The notes: a model not told the origin generated them from the letters alone. A DNA stretch of 64,000 bases from an uncultured delta proteobacterium (GCA_963827685.1 CAWHBU010000002.1:832001-896000); one strand, 5' to 3'. Positions 49,384 through 60,014 are shown, counted from the stretch's first letter. Program-made: numbers and translations.

Positions 49384-49656
49384 CTAAGGTTTAGACTTGG
49401 ATTTCTTTTTCGCTTTACTCGCTGTTATCTTTTTCAATTCTGCCACACCCGCTATCAGTTTCTCCCATTCAGATTTTATCTGGTCTCTCTCCTTTTCAAC
49501 TTTTAATATTTTACGATAGAGAGAAAGCACTCTCAAAAAGATTTTTGCTTTCTCATCGTCCACCTGTCTTCCATCACAATAATCCCTAAGATACTTCTCG
49601 GCCGTTGCCACCAATGGTTTAAAAAGTTCTGAATCTTTCTTTTTCATCTTTTTCAT
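49384..49656 (-). CDS. Hypothetical basic helical protein
   Basis: Open frame with coiled-coil character; no family recognised. Confidence 0.4.
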   Translation of the reverse strand: MKKMKKKDSELFKPLVATAEKYLRDYCDGRQVDDEKAKIFLRVLSLYRKILKVEKERDQIKSEWEKLIAGVAELKKITASKAKKKSKSKP

Positions 49657-49832
49657 CCTTTGTATTTGTTTTATACCCCGCATCATGCCGAAGATTTTAC
49701 CAGCAAATACAGACAGACGCAAGAAAGAATATCATCATTGACATTACTGTCCAAATTAACCAGATGATGTAGCCGACGGACTCCGCCCCCAATCAATGAG
49801 GGCGCTACGATTCTTTTGTTGATACCCCAATA

Positions 49833-51863
49833 CTAACTATTGGACTCCATATTCTTTAATACAAACTCTGTAATATCCATTACGACAATAGGGATCTTTT
49901 TTCTACGGGCTGTGGTCTGGATGGTACGGACGCACTGCTGACAGGCAGTGATCACCATCTCAGCTCCTGTGGCCTTGATCTCCTCGATCTTAGCCTGTGC
50001 CAGTCCTGCTGAGAGCTCGGGGTTCACCATCTCAAGGTTACCCCCTCCTCCACAACATACGCACTGCTCTCTATTTCCTTTCATCTCCACCAATTCTACC
50101 CCCGGAATGCTCCGCAGGATTTCCCGTGGAGCTTCATAGACTCCACTGGCCCTGCCAAGGTCGCAGGGATCATGATAGGTAACTTTCGTTCTCTTCTCTT
50201 TGAAGCTGATCTTACCTTCATCGATTAACTTCTTGATGAATTCGGTAGAATGAAAAATCTCGATGTCCGTCTTACCTTCATCCATCCAGGTGTGGTAACA
50301 AGAGGGACAAGCAAAGACAATCCTTTCTGCCCCCTTCCCTTCCACTTTTTCCAAATTGTGTTGCATCAAAGCTTGGGCATCTTTCTTCATCCCTGCTGCA
50401 ATGAGAGGAAAACCACAGCACCACTCCTCCCCCCCTAAAATGGTGAAATCGACCCCGGCCTTACCCAATATTTGGACAAAGGATTGAGGGATCCTCTTCG
50501 TCATCGGGAAATAGGAAGCCACACACCCAACGAAGTAGACCACCTTCGCCTTTTCCCTCTGAAACATATCCTTGGGAACTTCAGCCAGGGCCTGCACCCA
50601 AGTGGGCCGATCCTCGTTTGGCTCACCGACGATGTTATGGACCCTTTTCAAAGTCTCCGCCAACTGGGACATAGTTTGAGGACACTCCCCCTTCTCGACC
50701 ATGAATTCTCGCGTCCCTATCCTCAGTTCCTTTGTGTCGATAAACGCAGGGCATGCCATCGCGCACCTTCCGCATAAGGTGCAGAGGTAGGGGTAGTCGG
50801 AATACTCCTTTGGCACATCCTTGGTCTTTGCGGACCCAAAGAACATCCCCGGTAAGCCGTATGTCTTCCTGACGAAAGACTTGAGGTTAGCAAACAATCC
50901 TCCCATGGTGGTCTCTAATTCTTGTGTTTGTGCATACACTGGACAAACATCCACACAACTGCCACATTTCACGCAAGAATCCAGAGCAATAAGGTTTTTG
51001 ACGGAAAGAGGGAGAGAAGTCTTTCGGGTTCCTGGTTTAAATGCCTCTTTGGGCATCAAGCTGATGAACATGACCATGGGTATCGTGACGATGTGCCAAA
51101 GCTTCTTATTAAACGGAATAAAGGCGACAAGCGTACCTAAGAACAATCCCGATACAGACCAAAGGGGATAGTTGAGAGAGTCCCATGGCAGCCCCAGAGG
51201 GGCAACGATTTTACTCAGGCCAAAGGAGACGAACCAATATTGGGCCACAGAGCTCGGAAGCTCATAAGTTACAATGCTCGTTGCCTCACAGAAAAATCGG
51301 AGGATGAACCATCCCCCTAAAAGGTTCACAGCGACGATATCTCCGATCGATGTCTCAAAAGTCACAGATTTTGCTACGAATCTCCGGTAGATGGCGATGA
51401 ACTCTCCCGTCAATATCATCGCTCCGAAGAGGTCGAATGAGATGGCAAAAAGGGCATCGGAAATATTCAAAGATGGGCTTGCCACCTCGCGAAAGTAGTA
51501 ATAGTCACAAAACGGTGCATAAAAGAACCGAATCAGGTGTGGAAACCTCTCGAAATCGGGCATTATCTCCGCTTTCAGATGACCCGCGATGAGGATTCCG
51601 GGGTAACCGATCATGATCAGAACCTTCATCAACCATCTCAATTTATCCTGGCCGAAAAGTCTCCTCTGGAGGATGCCGTCCAAGAACATAATCTGTATCA
51701 GCTTAACAATCTTTGCACTAAATAGGGTTGAGAAGACTCCTCTTACAAGGGCCCCCCAATGCCATTGCCCTCGCCAATAAAGGAATAGTCTCAAGGCGAG
51801 ACCAATGAAAAAGACTATTGCACCCAACATAAAAAAGGTCACAAAGAGTGGCTGGCCAGTCAC
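49833..51863 (-). CDS. Membrane-bound heterodisulfide-reductase-like protein (NarI/HdrE-like TM domain + 2x[4Fe-4S] + two CCG domains)
   Basis: Multi-TM N-terminus, CVKCGSCVDVCP, CTLCGRCAMACP, CCG x2, YHDPCDLGR and TACQQC. Confidence 0.88.
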   Translation of the reverse strand: MTGQPLFVTFFMLGAIVFFIGLALRLFLYWRGQWHWGALVRGVFSTLFSAKIVKLIQIMFLDGILQRRLFGQDKLRWLMKVLIMIGYPGILIAGHLKAEIMPDFERFPHLIRFFYAPFCDYYYFREVASPSLNISDALFAISFDLFGAMILTGEFIAIYRRFVAKSVTFETSIGDIVAVNLLGGWFILRFFCEATSIVTYELPSSVAQYWFVSFGLSKIVAPLGLPWDSLNYPLWSVSGLFLGTLVAFIPFNKKLWHIVTIPMVMFISLMPKEAFKPGTRKTSLPLSVKNLIALDSCVKCGSCVDVCPVYAQTQELETTMGGLFANLKSFVRKTYGLPGMFFGSAKTKDVPKEYSDYPYLCTLCGRCAMACPAFIDTKELRIGTREFMVEKGECPQTMSQLAETLKRVHNIVGEPNEDRPTWVQALAEVPKDMFQREKAKVVYFVGCVASYFPMTKRIPQSFVQILGKAGVDFTILGGEEWCCGFPLIAAGMKKDAQALMQHNLEKVEGKGAERIVFACPSCYHTWMDEGKTDIEIFHSTEFIKKLIDEGKISFKEKRTKVTYHDPCDLGRASGVYEAPREILRSIPGVELVEMKGNREQCVCCGGGGNLEMVNPELSAGLAQAKIEEIKATGAEMVITACQQCVRTIQTTARRKKIPIVVMDITEFVLKNMESNS

Positions 51864-52175
51864 GATATACCCCTTCCTTCAGCTCGTTAGATCATAGGCT
51901 TATTATGAATCGCTTATGTTCGCCCAAAACTTATCTGACATTCCTATTTAACATAAAAAAGAAGATTTTTGCCCTATTATTAGCTGCCGGTTTCTCACCA
52001 TCATTTTAACACCAATATCAAACGCTATCCATGAGGATTACATGAAGAAACAAAGGCTTCATGCCTGCCCCTCGCTGATCCGTAAGAGAGCCATTCCCGC
52101 AAATATTAAGATTTTCATCTCCCTCTTGTTCGATTTTGGGTTCCATGTTATTTTTATAAAAACAATCATCAAGAT

Positions 52176-53291
52176 ATGAATTTATCCATTCTGAAAGCCA
52201 TTTTTGCCTCCATGGAACAGGGGGTTGTTTTTATTGATGATCAAAATCGAATCGCCTACTGCAATCCGGCAGCAGAGAAGATTCGAAACATTAAGATGGA
52301 TCAAGTATTGGGCCAATCCATCTTGCACTACCATCCTCAAAAGGCCCATCCAAAGGTCCTGCAAATCATAGAAGACTTAAAATCCGGACGAGTAAAAGGA
52401 CACCACCGGATGAACGTTCAGATGGTGGAGGGAAAATTCTATGACAATACGTATACGCCGGTCTGGGGCCCCAGAAACAAATATTTGGGCACCATCGTTG
52501 TCAGCAAGGAGATCACACAACGAAAGAAAACAGAGGATGAACTCAAAGACGCACTGAAAAAACTGAAGATCGCTAATGAAGAATTAAGGCAGCTCGATCA
52601 AACGAAGGACGACTTTCTCTCCAACGTCAGCCATGAGCTGAAAACACCGATGATCTCAGTGATGGGCTATATCGGAATGCTGCTCAAGGAGAAGGCTGGC
52701 TCGTTGACAGAACAGCAGAAGAGGTTTTTGGAAATATCTTATAAAAACTTACGAAAGCTTGGAAAGAACATAGACGACCTTTTGGATTTGGCCGAATTCG
52801 GAATACAAAAAGAGTCCTGGGTATTCGAACCGGTCGATCTTGCTAAAGTCATTGAATTTTCATGCGCCACCGTCGAACCCCTAGCTAAGGAACATCAAAT
52901 CCAACTGGAAGCTCAACTTCCCCCCGAACCAGTAGAGATCTCCGGGGTTGAGGAAAAACTCTACCAACTCTTTGATAATCTTCTCACCAATGCCGTCAAA
53001 TATAACCGTCAGGGAGGAAAGATCTGTGTGAGCGTTGATCAGGATCCTGAATTTATCTTCACCCGCATTACCGATACAGGGGTCGGAATCTCTCACCAAT
53101 CTCTGCAGGAAGTCTTCACACGCCATTACCAGGAAAAAACAAAACCCCTTGGAAACGCCAAGGGATTAGGGATCGGGCTCTCCCTTGTCCAGGAAATTGT
53201 TAAACTCCATCAGGGAGATATCCAGATCGAAAGCGAGTTGGGCACGGGAACGACCTTCACAATAAGGCTCCCTAAAAGTCCCATCAAATGA
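52176..53291 (+). CDS. Cytoplasmic PAS-domain sensor histidine kinase
   Basis: PAS (NPAAE...G), SHELKTP H-box, NLLTNAVKY, DTGVGI and GLGIGL. Confidence 0.92.
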   Translation: MNLSILKAIFASMEQGVVFIDDQNRIAYCNPAAEKIRNIKMDQVLGQSILHYHPQKAHPKVLQIIEDLKSGRVKGHHRMNVQMVEGKFYDNTYTPVWGPRNKYLGTIVVSKEITQRKKTEDELKDALKKLKIANEELRQLDQTKDDFLSNVSHELKTPMISVMGYIGMLLKEKAGSLTEQQKRFLEISYKNLRKLGKNIDDLLDLAEFGIQKESWVFEPVDLAKVIEFSCATVEPLAKEHQIQLEAQLPPEPVEISGVEEKLYQLFDNLLTNAVKYNRQGGKICVSVDQDPEFIFTRITDTGVGISHQSLQEVFTRHYQEKTKPLGNAKGLGIGLSLVQEIVKLHQGDIQIESELGTGTTFTIRLPKSPIK

Positions 53292-53397
53292 TGGAACAAT
53301 CATCAAATTCCAAGCCCCGATAAACCAATAATAACCAAATTCCAATTTCTAAACTTTGAGTTTATCGAAAGGCCTTTAACGGGTTAGAGCTTCGATT

Positions 53398-54846
53398 CTA
53401 TCTCTCCCAAATACGATAAAATGATGAGGTGTACCCATGCTCCAATCTCGCCACCCCTGTCTGAATGGCTGCCTCTCTCACATAATTCGACACCTGTTCT
53501 GGGACTTCCCGATTTAAGACGCTTGGAATGATATAGTCCTCACTCAATTCCTCCTCTGAAATGATGTGGGCAATCGCATTCGCCGCAGCAAAAAGCATTT
53601 CATCGTTAATCTCTAATGCCTGACAGTCCAGGACTCCTCTGAAGAGGCCCGGGAAACAGAGGACATTATTGATTTGATTGGGATAGTCCGATCTACCCGT
53701 AGCGATCACCCGCGCATATCGGGCGGCCTCCTCGGGCATGATCTCAGGATCGGGATTCGCCATGGCGAAGACAATCGGGTTTTTTGCCATTTTCTTGATA
53801 TCGTTCACATGAATAACGCCAGGTTGAGAAAGGCCAATAAAAAGATCAGCACCCTTTAGGGCCTTTGATATGGGCCCATGAATCCTCTCTGGGTTTGTAT
53901 TTTCTGCGATGAGTGTCTTTATTGGGTTCATGTTTTCCTTTCGACCTTTATAGAGAATACCACTCCGGTCGCATCCAATAATTTGCTTCACTCCTGCAGA
54001 AAGGAGAAGTCGTATGGAAGCAATTCCGGCGGCGCCCAGACCGCTGAACACCACTCGGATATTTTCCAATCTCTTGTTAACAACCTTCAAGGCATTGATC
54101 AATCCTGCCAAAATCACTACGGCTGTTCCATGTTGATCATCATGAAAGACAGGAATATCCAATTCATTTCTCAATCGTCTTTCGATCTCAAAACAACGGG
54201 GAGCAGAGATATCCTCCAGATTCACTCCACCGAATCCAGGGGATATAGATTTAATCACTGTGACAATTTGTTTTGGATCTTTAGTTTTTAAACAAATGGG
54301 AAAGGCATCAACGCCGCCAAATTCCTTGAAGAGCATTGCCTTTCCCTCCATCACCGGCATCGCTGCCTCCGGCCCGATATCCCCAAGTCCGAGCACTGCG
54401 GTTCCATCCGTGACGACCGCCACGGTATTCTTCTTAATCGTCAGGTCATAAGCCTTCTTCCGATCCTCATGGATCGTCATGCAGACCCTCGCCACTCCAG
54501 GCGTGTAGGCCATGGAAAGATCCTCTCGAGTGCTCACCGGAACTTTGTTCTTTATTTCGATCTTTCCTCCCTGGTGGATCATATAGGTTCGATCCGTCAC
54601 ATTGAGGACATTGACCCCTTTCACCTGCTTCAGCGCGTCAACCACCTTCTGCCCCATCGGGATATCCGCCACACTTACGACAATATTGCGGATCATGATG
54701 TTTTTCCTAAATCCAACGATATCAATAGCGCCGATGTCTCCGCCTGCTTTACCAATCGCAGAGGTGACTTTACCCAGCATCCCTGGCTTATTGAGAATCT
54801 CGAGTCGAATGAGGATGCTGTAACTTGGACTGGGTTTTCTGATCAT
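53398..54846 (-). CDS. Malic enzyme with N-terminal ACT domain
   Basis: N-terminal NKPGMLG ACT, AYTPGVA, VMEGKA, NLEDI, FHDDQHGT and ATGRSDYPNQINN. Confidence 0.93.
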   Translation of the reverse strand: MIRKPSPSYSILIRLEILNKPGMLGKVTSAIGKAGGDIGAIDIVGFRKNIMIRNIVVSVADIPMGQKVVDALKQVKGVNVLNVTDRTYMIHQGGKIEIKNKVPVSTREDLSMAYTPGVARVCMTIHEDRKKAYDLTIKKNTVAVVTDGTAVLGLGDIGPEAAMPVMEGKAMLFKEFGGVDAFPICLKTKDPKQIVTVIKSISPGFGGVNLEDISAPRCFEIERRLRNELDIPVFHDDQHGTAVVILAGLINALKVVNKRLENIRVVFSGLGAAGIASIRLLLSAGVKQIIGCDRSGILYKGRKENMNPIKTLIAENTNPERIHGPISKALKGADLFIGLSQPGVIHVNDIKKMAKNPIVFAMANPDPEIMPEEAARYARVIATGRSDYPNQINNVLCFPGLFRGVLDCQALEINDEMLFAAANAIAHIISEEELSEDYIIPSVLNREVPEQVSNYVREAAIQTGVARLEHGYTSSFYRIWER

Positions 54847-54907
54847 AAAATTGCCCTCCCTGTTTCAACTCTTGCTTATCACATCACATCTTTCCTTTTA
54901 CAAATTT

Positions 54908-55267
54908 CTAAACCAGCCTCTTCTCCATCAAAAAATTCATGGCCGTCTGGCAGGATGTGGTGGCCAAAGAGATCGCCTCGGAAAAAGAGCCTTGAGCCTC
55001 TTGAAATTGAGACATATGAATTCTTCCGATCACCTCCATCACTTTTCGTTCTAAATCAGCATAACGGCCCGATCCCAACACGTTCTCTGCGATTCGAACC
55101 TCCCGGAGCAATCCTTCTAAGTACCATACCAATACCTTTTTTCCCCCGGAGAGCTCATCCTCTTTTTTGAGCGATATCATTTGATCCAGGAGGGTCGTTC
55201 CGATAATCAACCCGGATTTCATCTTCTCTGCGTATTGAAAATCCAAAATCGCCTCTCGCGTCTCCAT
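54908..55267 (-). CDS. Conserved-looking hypothetical helical protein
   Basis: 119-aa ORF with SD-like AGGA upstream, co-oriented with the malic enzyme gene. Confidence 0.6.
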   Translation of the reverse strand: METREAILDFQYAEKMKSGLIIGTTLLDQMISLKKEDELSGGKKVLVWYLEGLLREVRIAENVLGSGRYADLERKVMEVIGRIHMSQFQEAQGSFSEAISLATTSCQTAMNFLMEKRLV

Positions 55268-55287
55268 TCCTCTTCTCCTACTCTTTC

Positions 55288-55342
55288 ATCCCCTCACCCT
55301 CCCCTCTCTCCTGTATTCGAGGGAGAGGATAGAGGTGAGGAG
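55288..55342. repeat. Family B palindrome
   Basis: CCCCTCACC..CCTCTCTC..GGGAGAGG..GGTGAGG. Confidence 0.65.
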
Positions 55343-55467
55343 GTGTGATGTGATGGCAATGTTCATTCCATTATTTACGTGAAAGTCAATAAATCGCTCA
55401 TGATGGTTGGAGAATTATCAGAAAAGGCAGAAAAAATCAAGCTTTTGGGTGATCCCTCAGTGACTAC

Positions 55468-55535
55468 GTCACTCCTGCGAAAGCAGGAGTCCAGAACTTA
55501 TTGATCTCACCGATTCCCGCTTTCGCGGGAATGAC
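55468..55535. repeat. REP doublet GTCACTCCTGCGAAAGCAGGAGTCC...GATTCCCGCTTTCGCGGGAATGAC (family F)
   Basis: Two inverted hairpins with GAAA/TTTC loops inside GTCA...TGAC ends. Confidence 0.8.
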
Positions 55536-55638
55536 AAAATGAGCCAATCCTGACTTTTTACGAGACCATCATAAGTGAACTACTTTACCAAGAAAAAACT
55601 CACCAGAAAGAATGAATGAGCGGCGAGGGAGGAAGTTT

Positions 55639-55734
55639 ACCCCGTTAGAAATAATGCCCCGCTACTCTTCAGCGGGGTTAGAATTTCGAATAATTCCCGC
55701 GGGGTTTAATGTCTCGCTAGGATTTCTAACGGGG
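55639..55734. mobile_element. MITE-like element with ACCCCGTTAGAAAT terminal inverted repeats (family D), copy 1
   Basis: Ends ACCCCGTTAGAAAT / ATTTCTAACGGGG; inverted homologue at 63785-63931. Confidence 0.7.
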
Positions 55735-55742
55735 CAGAGATT

Positions 55743-56486
55743 TTATCGATAGGGTTTGAGTCGCTCTAAAAAGTTAGGATCTACGAGAATCCCAAGTTTC
55801 CCGGCCTGATCACAATGCTCAATGGCTAACTTAAATTCCTGTTTCTCAAAATAGGCGACCGCCAGACTATAGTGAGCTTCTGCAAATTTGGGATTGATTT
55901 CCAATGCCTTCTGAAAGGAAGCGATCGCCTCGTCTATTTTCTTCCTTTCGCGATAGACACTTCCTATATTATAATAACCCTTGGCATAGCTCGGGTTGAT
56001 GTCAATCGTCTTCTGATACTCAGCGAGGGCCTGATCTAACATTCCCTTTCTGAAGTAAAGAATTCCCAGATTGTTATGGGCTTCGACATAATTCGGATAG
56101 ATTTGAAGCGTCTTCTGATATTGGGCCATCGCCTCTTTGGAATCTCCTTTTTCCTGGTAAGCTACCCCGAGATCAAAATGGGCCTCAGCGAAATTGCGAT
56201 CAATGCGGAGGGCTTCTTCATACTCCGAAATCTCTTTCTTCCACTTCTTCTGCCTTCCATAGACAATACCGAGATTGAGGTGGGCTTTTGCATTCTTTGA
56301 ATCCAGTTTCAGCACCTTTTGATATTCTCTAACAGCCTCATCCAAATTTCCCTTCTCTGCAGCACTATAGGCCAATTGAAAGTGTTCCTCAATGGTGACG
56401 GCCTCATCCTTTTTCCCGGTCTTATTTCCTCCTGCACAGGAGATCAGCAAAAAAATCATGGTAGAAATAAGGAAATATTTTGTCAT
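55743..56486 (-). CDS. TPR-repeat lipoprotein
   Basis: Lipobox LISC and several canonical TPRs (AH.NLG..Y...G...EA...Y.K.L...P). Confidence 0.9.
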   Translation of the reverse strand: MTKYFLISTMIFLLISCAGGNKTGKKDEAVTIEEHFQLAYSAAEKGNLDEAVREYQKVLKLDSKNAKAHLNLGIVYGRQKKWKKEISEYEEALRIDRNFAEAHFDLGVAYQEKGDSKEAMAQYQKTLQIYPNYVEAHNNLGILYFRKGMLDQALAEYQKTIDINPSYAKGYYNIGSVYRERKKIDEAIASFQKALEINPKFAEAHYSLAVAYFEKQEFKLAIEHCDQAGKLGILVDPNFLERLKPYR

Positions 56487-56712
56487 CGTTTTCAAGATTC
56501 CCCTCCTATGCTAAGGAGAGCTCTAAAAACTATTCTACGCTCTCCTGAAATCTCCTAAGATCTTCTGATTTATTAACAAAAAAATAGAAGTAAATCAAGA
56601 CTATTCTTTCTTGACCGATGAAGTAGGAATTCTTAGACTCATCTTCATCCCCATTGACTCAAATCTCTAATCGTTGTAAGAATGGATAAATAGGAGAGGA
56701 GGTGATATCCCT

Positions 56713-57399
56713 ACGAAGTCCATTCTAATTGTTGAGGATGAAAAAGATATTGTTGATCTCATCGCCTACCATCTTAAACAATCGGGCTTTTCTGTTTCTA
56801 TAGCCGTGGATGGTGCTTCGGGACTGGAACGGGCAAGAAAAGAAAGCCCCGGTCTCATTATTTTGGATCTCATGCTTCCTGAGATGGACGGAAAGGACGT
56901 CTGCAGAGCCCTCAAATCAAATCCGCTCACCCGATCCATCCCGATCCTCATCCTCACGGCAAAGGCAGAAGAGATGGATCGGGTCATAGGGCTCGAGTTG
57001 GGTGCGGATGATTATGTCACCAAGCCCTTCAGTCCAAGGGAATTGGTTTTAAGGGTGAAAGCAATCCTTCGTAGAAAGGACACCCCCTATGAAGGTGAAA
57101 AGACGATTCAGATAAGTGATCTCTTGATCGATATTGATCGCCACGTGGTTACCTCAAAGAAAAAGCCTATTTCCCTAACCTCCACCGAATTCAAACTTCT
57201 GGTAGAACTCGTAACCAACAGGGGACGTGTTCAAACTCGGGAACGCCTTCTGGACAAGGTTTGGGGATACACCTATGAAGGGTACGCGCGGACAGTGGAT
57301 ACACATATTCGCCGATTAAGAGAAAAACTCGGACCTTTGGGAAACTCCATCGAAACCATCCGCGGAGTGGGATATCGATTCCGAGAGGAGAAAGAATGA
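56713..57399 (+). CDS. phoB: OmpR/PhoB-family response regulator (PhoB/PhoP-like); start codon non-canonical
   Basis: Frame extends upstream of the called GTG to KSILIVEDE; LDLMLP phospho-Asp, GADDYVTKPF, RTVDTHIRRLREKL and TIRGVGY. Confidence 0.8.
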   Translation, partial: TKSILIVEDEKDIVDLIAYHLKQSGFSVSIAVDGASGLERARKESPGLIILDLMLPEMDGKDVCRALKSNPLTRSIPILILTAKAEEMDRVIGLELGADDYVTKPFSPRELVLRVKAILRRKDTPYEGEKTIQISDLLIDIDRHVVTSKKKPISLTSTEFKLLVELVTNRGRVQTRERLLDKVWGYTYEGYARTVDTHIRRLREKLGPLGNSIETIRGVGYRFREEKE

Positions 57400-58778
57400 A
57401 CCTTCCTTTCCAAAGGAAACTGATGGTTTTATTTATCTTTCTTCTCCTCTTTGTTCTTCTGATCCAAGGGTACCTCCTCTATATTCTTAAGAAGCCCTTC
57501 TTCTCCTCCTTTTTGATCTCCCTCCTTATCACCCTTTCTCTTGCCTACATTTTCTCGAAGGTTCTCACTCAACCGATTCAAAGGATCAGAGAGATGGTGA
57601 GGCGGTTAGCTGATGGGAGTCCGGAGAGAGAGATTCAGATCTATTCAAATGATGAATGGGGAGAACTTGCCAAAGCAGTTGATGAAATGAGAATCCAACT
57701 CAAGGAAGAAATCGAGGAGATCTCCAGGGAAAGGGATTATCTCAAAACCATCCTCAAGGGAATGGTGGAAGGGGTCCTCGTCGTAGATGAACGGGGTCGC
57801 ATCCTGATGGTGAACGATGCCTTTCAAAAGATATTGTCTCTCTCTTTGGAGGTCGTTGACAGAGCACCTTTGGAAGCGATCCGCAATACAGAGTTAGAGG
57901 AGGCGATTCGAGAGGCGATTCGAGAAGGGAAAAATAAAGCCTTTGAATTGACCTTTCCATTAACCGGAGGGAAAACGCTCGAGGTCAACGTGGTGGGAAT
58001 TTCTCCTTCTCCCGAAGAGATTGGCAAAGAAAGTGAAAAGAAGAGAGGGGCGATCGCTGTCTTTCATGATATTAGCCGCTTGAAGGAGTTGGAAAAAATC
58101 AGACAGGATTTTGTGGCCAATGTCTCTCATGAATTGAGAACCCCTTTGACGACCATCAAAGGTTATACGGAGACACTCTTAGATGGAGCCCTGAAGGAAG
58201 CAGTAGCACCTCAATTTCTCCAGGTCATCCAGAAACATGCCGATCGGTTGACAAAAATTGTTGAAGACCTTTTGACGCTTTCGAAGATCGAATCCAGAGA
58301 GTTTTATCTGAAAGTGGATCGTCTTCCCCTTTCCGAGCTGATCGATGACGTTTCGGATTTTGTCAAAGAGGCGGCACAGAGGAAGAAAATATCCATCTCA
58401 CGAAGCATCATCCCCTCTTCTCTTGAGGTGATGGGGGATCGAAGTTATTTAGAACAGGTGTTCATCAATCTTCTGGATAATGCCATCAAATACACCCATG
58501 AGGGAGGAGAGATTTCGATCTCGGCTTTCGAAAATGAGCAAAAGGAGATTCAAGTTCTAATTAAAGACAATGGCATGGGAATTCCCAAAGAAGACCTTTC
58601 AAGAATATTTGAACGTTTCTACAGAGTCGACAAGGGAAGGTCTAAAGAACTGGGAGGGACCGGTCTCGGCCTCTCCATTGTGAAACATCTGGTCCAGGCT
58701 CATGGCGGGAGGGTCTGGGTTGAAAGCCAGCCGGGGAAGGGGTCTGTCTTCTATTTCACCCTGCCAAGAAAATCATAA
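57396..58778 (+). CDS. phoR: PhoR-like sensor histidine kinase (2 TM, HAMP, PAS, HisKA, HATPase)
   Basis: LE.IRQDFVANVSHELRTPLT.IKGY.ETL and RIFERFYRVDKGRS...GGTGLGLSIVKH; ATGA overlap with the regulator. Confidence 0.85.
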   Translation: MNLPFQRKLMVLFIFLLLFVLLIQGYLLYILKKPFFSSFLISLLITLSLAYIFSKVLTQPIQRIREMVRRLADGSPEREIQIYSNDEWGELAKAVDEMRIQLKEEIEEISRERDYLKTILKGMVEGVLVVDERGRILMVNDAFQKILSLSLEVVDRAPLEAIRNTELEEAIREAIREGKNKAFELTFPLTGGKTLEVNVVGISPSPEEIGKESEKKRGAIAVFHDISRLKELEKIRQDFVANVSHELRTPLTTIKGYTETLLDGALKEAVAPQFLQVIQKHADRLTKIVEDLLTLSKIESREFYLKVDRLPLSELIDDVSDFVKEAAQRKKISISRSIIPSSLEVMGDRSYLEQVFINLLDNAIKYTHEGGEISISAFENEQKEIQVLIKDNGMGIPKEDLSRIFERFYRVDKGRSKELGGTGLGLSIVKHLVQAHGGRVWVESQPGKGSVFYFTLPRKS

Positions 58779-60014
58779 ATGAAACCCGACTTTTTATGGG
58801 GTGTAGCAACCTCGGCCTTTCAGCTTGAAGGTTCTCCGTATGCGGATTGGGCGCTGTGGGACCCCGTCTTGAAGTCCAAGCCGGATGTCACTCACCATTA
58901 TCGCCTTTTTAGAGAAGATTTAAAATTACTCAAGGAACTGGGTGTGAATGCCTATCGTTTTTCGGTGGAATGGAGTCGGATCCAACCGGAGGAGGACCGA
59001 TGGGATGATGAGGCGATTCATCACTATCAAGAGATCGTCCAAATACTGCGTCAAAATAATATTGAACCCATGATCACACTCCACCATTTCACACACCCCC
59101 AATGGTTTCTCACAAAATATCCGTGGCATGATGATCACTCGGTTCCGATGTTTTTAACTTATATCGAAAAGGTGATTACCCGTTTGAATAACGTACGGTA
59201 TTGGATTACCATCAATGAGCCTTACGTCCTTCTTTTGGGAGGATACTTGGAAGGATGCATGCCTCCTGGGATTCGAGATTTTCCTTTCTTCCTAAGTGCA
59301 TTAAAGAATATTCTCACCTCTCACGGAAAGGCATACGACCTTATTCATACCCTCAGGCATGACGCCATGGTCAGTGTGGCTCATAACATGGCTGTTTTTG
59401 CTCCCTATCAAAAGTGGAACCCTTTTGACAGGCTTCTTTCTCGTTTTGCGCAATATTTTTACAATCACTCCTTGCTGGATGCTTTCCACACCGGACGACT
59501 TAGGATAAAATTCCCCTTTGTGAATTCGATTGAAATGGACGTTCCCCTCAAAGGGAAACTCGATTTTTTCGGAGTGAACTATTATACGAGGATTCATTTG
59601 AGATTCAACCCGTTTCGGAAGATGGGGGTTGAGTGGAAATACAAGGATGCAGAAGAGCAAGGATTTACCGATATGGGATGGGAGATACATCCCCACGGCA
59701 TGGAAAGGGTTCTGAAGGAGGTATCAAGACTTAACGTTCCCATCATCATCACAGAAAATGGCATTGCCACTCACGATGACCGGAAAAAGGAAAAATTCAT
59801 TAAGAGGCATGTCGATGTGATCGAGGGATGCCTGAAAAAGCGGATAGATGTCAGAGGTTATTTCTATTGGTCATTAATGGACAATTATGAGTGGTTACGG
59901 GGGTTTGACGCGAGGTTTGGCCTCTATCGGGTAGATTATGATACGCTAAAACGCAAACCCACGGTGGCAGCAGCTTTCTACTCCTATATCATCAAATCCA
60001 GATCCTTTTTTTAA
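58779..60014 (+). CDS. Glycoside hydrolase family 1 beta-glycosidase
   Basis: FLWGVATSAFQLEG, YRFSVEWSRI, TINEP (acid/base), ITENG (nucleophile) and WSLMDNYEW. Confidence 0.94.
   Translation: MKPDFLWGVATSAFQLEGSPYADWALWDPVLKSKPDVTHHYRLFREDLKLLKELGVNAYRFSVEWSRIQPEEDRWDDEAIHHYQEIVQILRQNNIEPMITLHHFTHPQWFLTKYPWHDDHSVPMFLTYIEKVITRLNNVRYWITINEPYVLLLGGYLEGCMPPGIRDFPFFLSALKNILTSHGKAYDLIHTLRHDAMVSVAHNMAVFAPYQKWNPFDRLLSRFAQYFYNHSLLDAFHTGRLRIKFPFVNSIEMDVPLKGKLDFFGVNYYTRIHLRFNPFRKMGVEWKYKDAEEQGFTDMGWEIHPHGMERVLKEVSRLNVPIIITENGIATHDDRKKEKFIKRHVDVIEGCLKKRIDVRGYFYWSLMDNYEWLRGFDARFGLYRVDYDTLKRKPTVAAAFYSYIIKSRSFF

Noticed and set aside
54469-55170. 233-aa plus-strand ORF
   Set aside because: Antisense to the malic enzyme gene and its upstream gene; no motifs
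55551-55571. TGACTTTTTACGAGACCATCA as a MITE terminal repeat
   Set aside because: No convincing inverted partner found nearby
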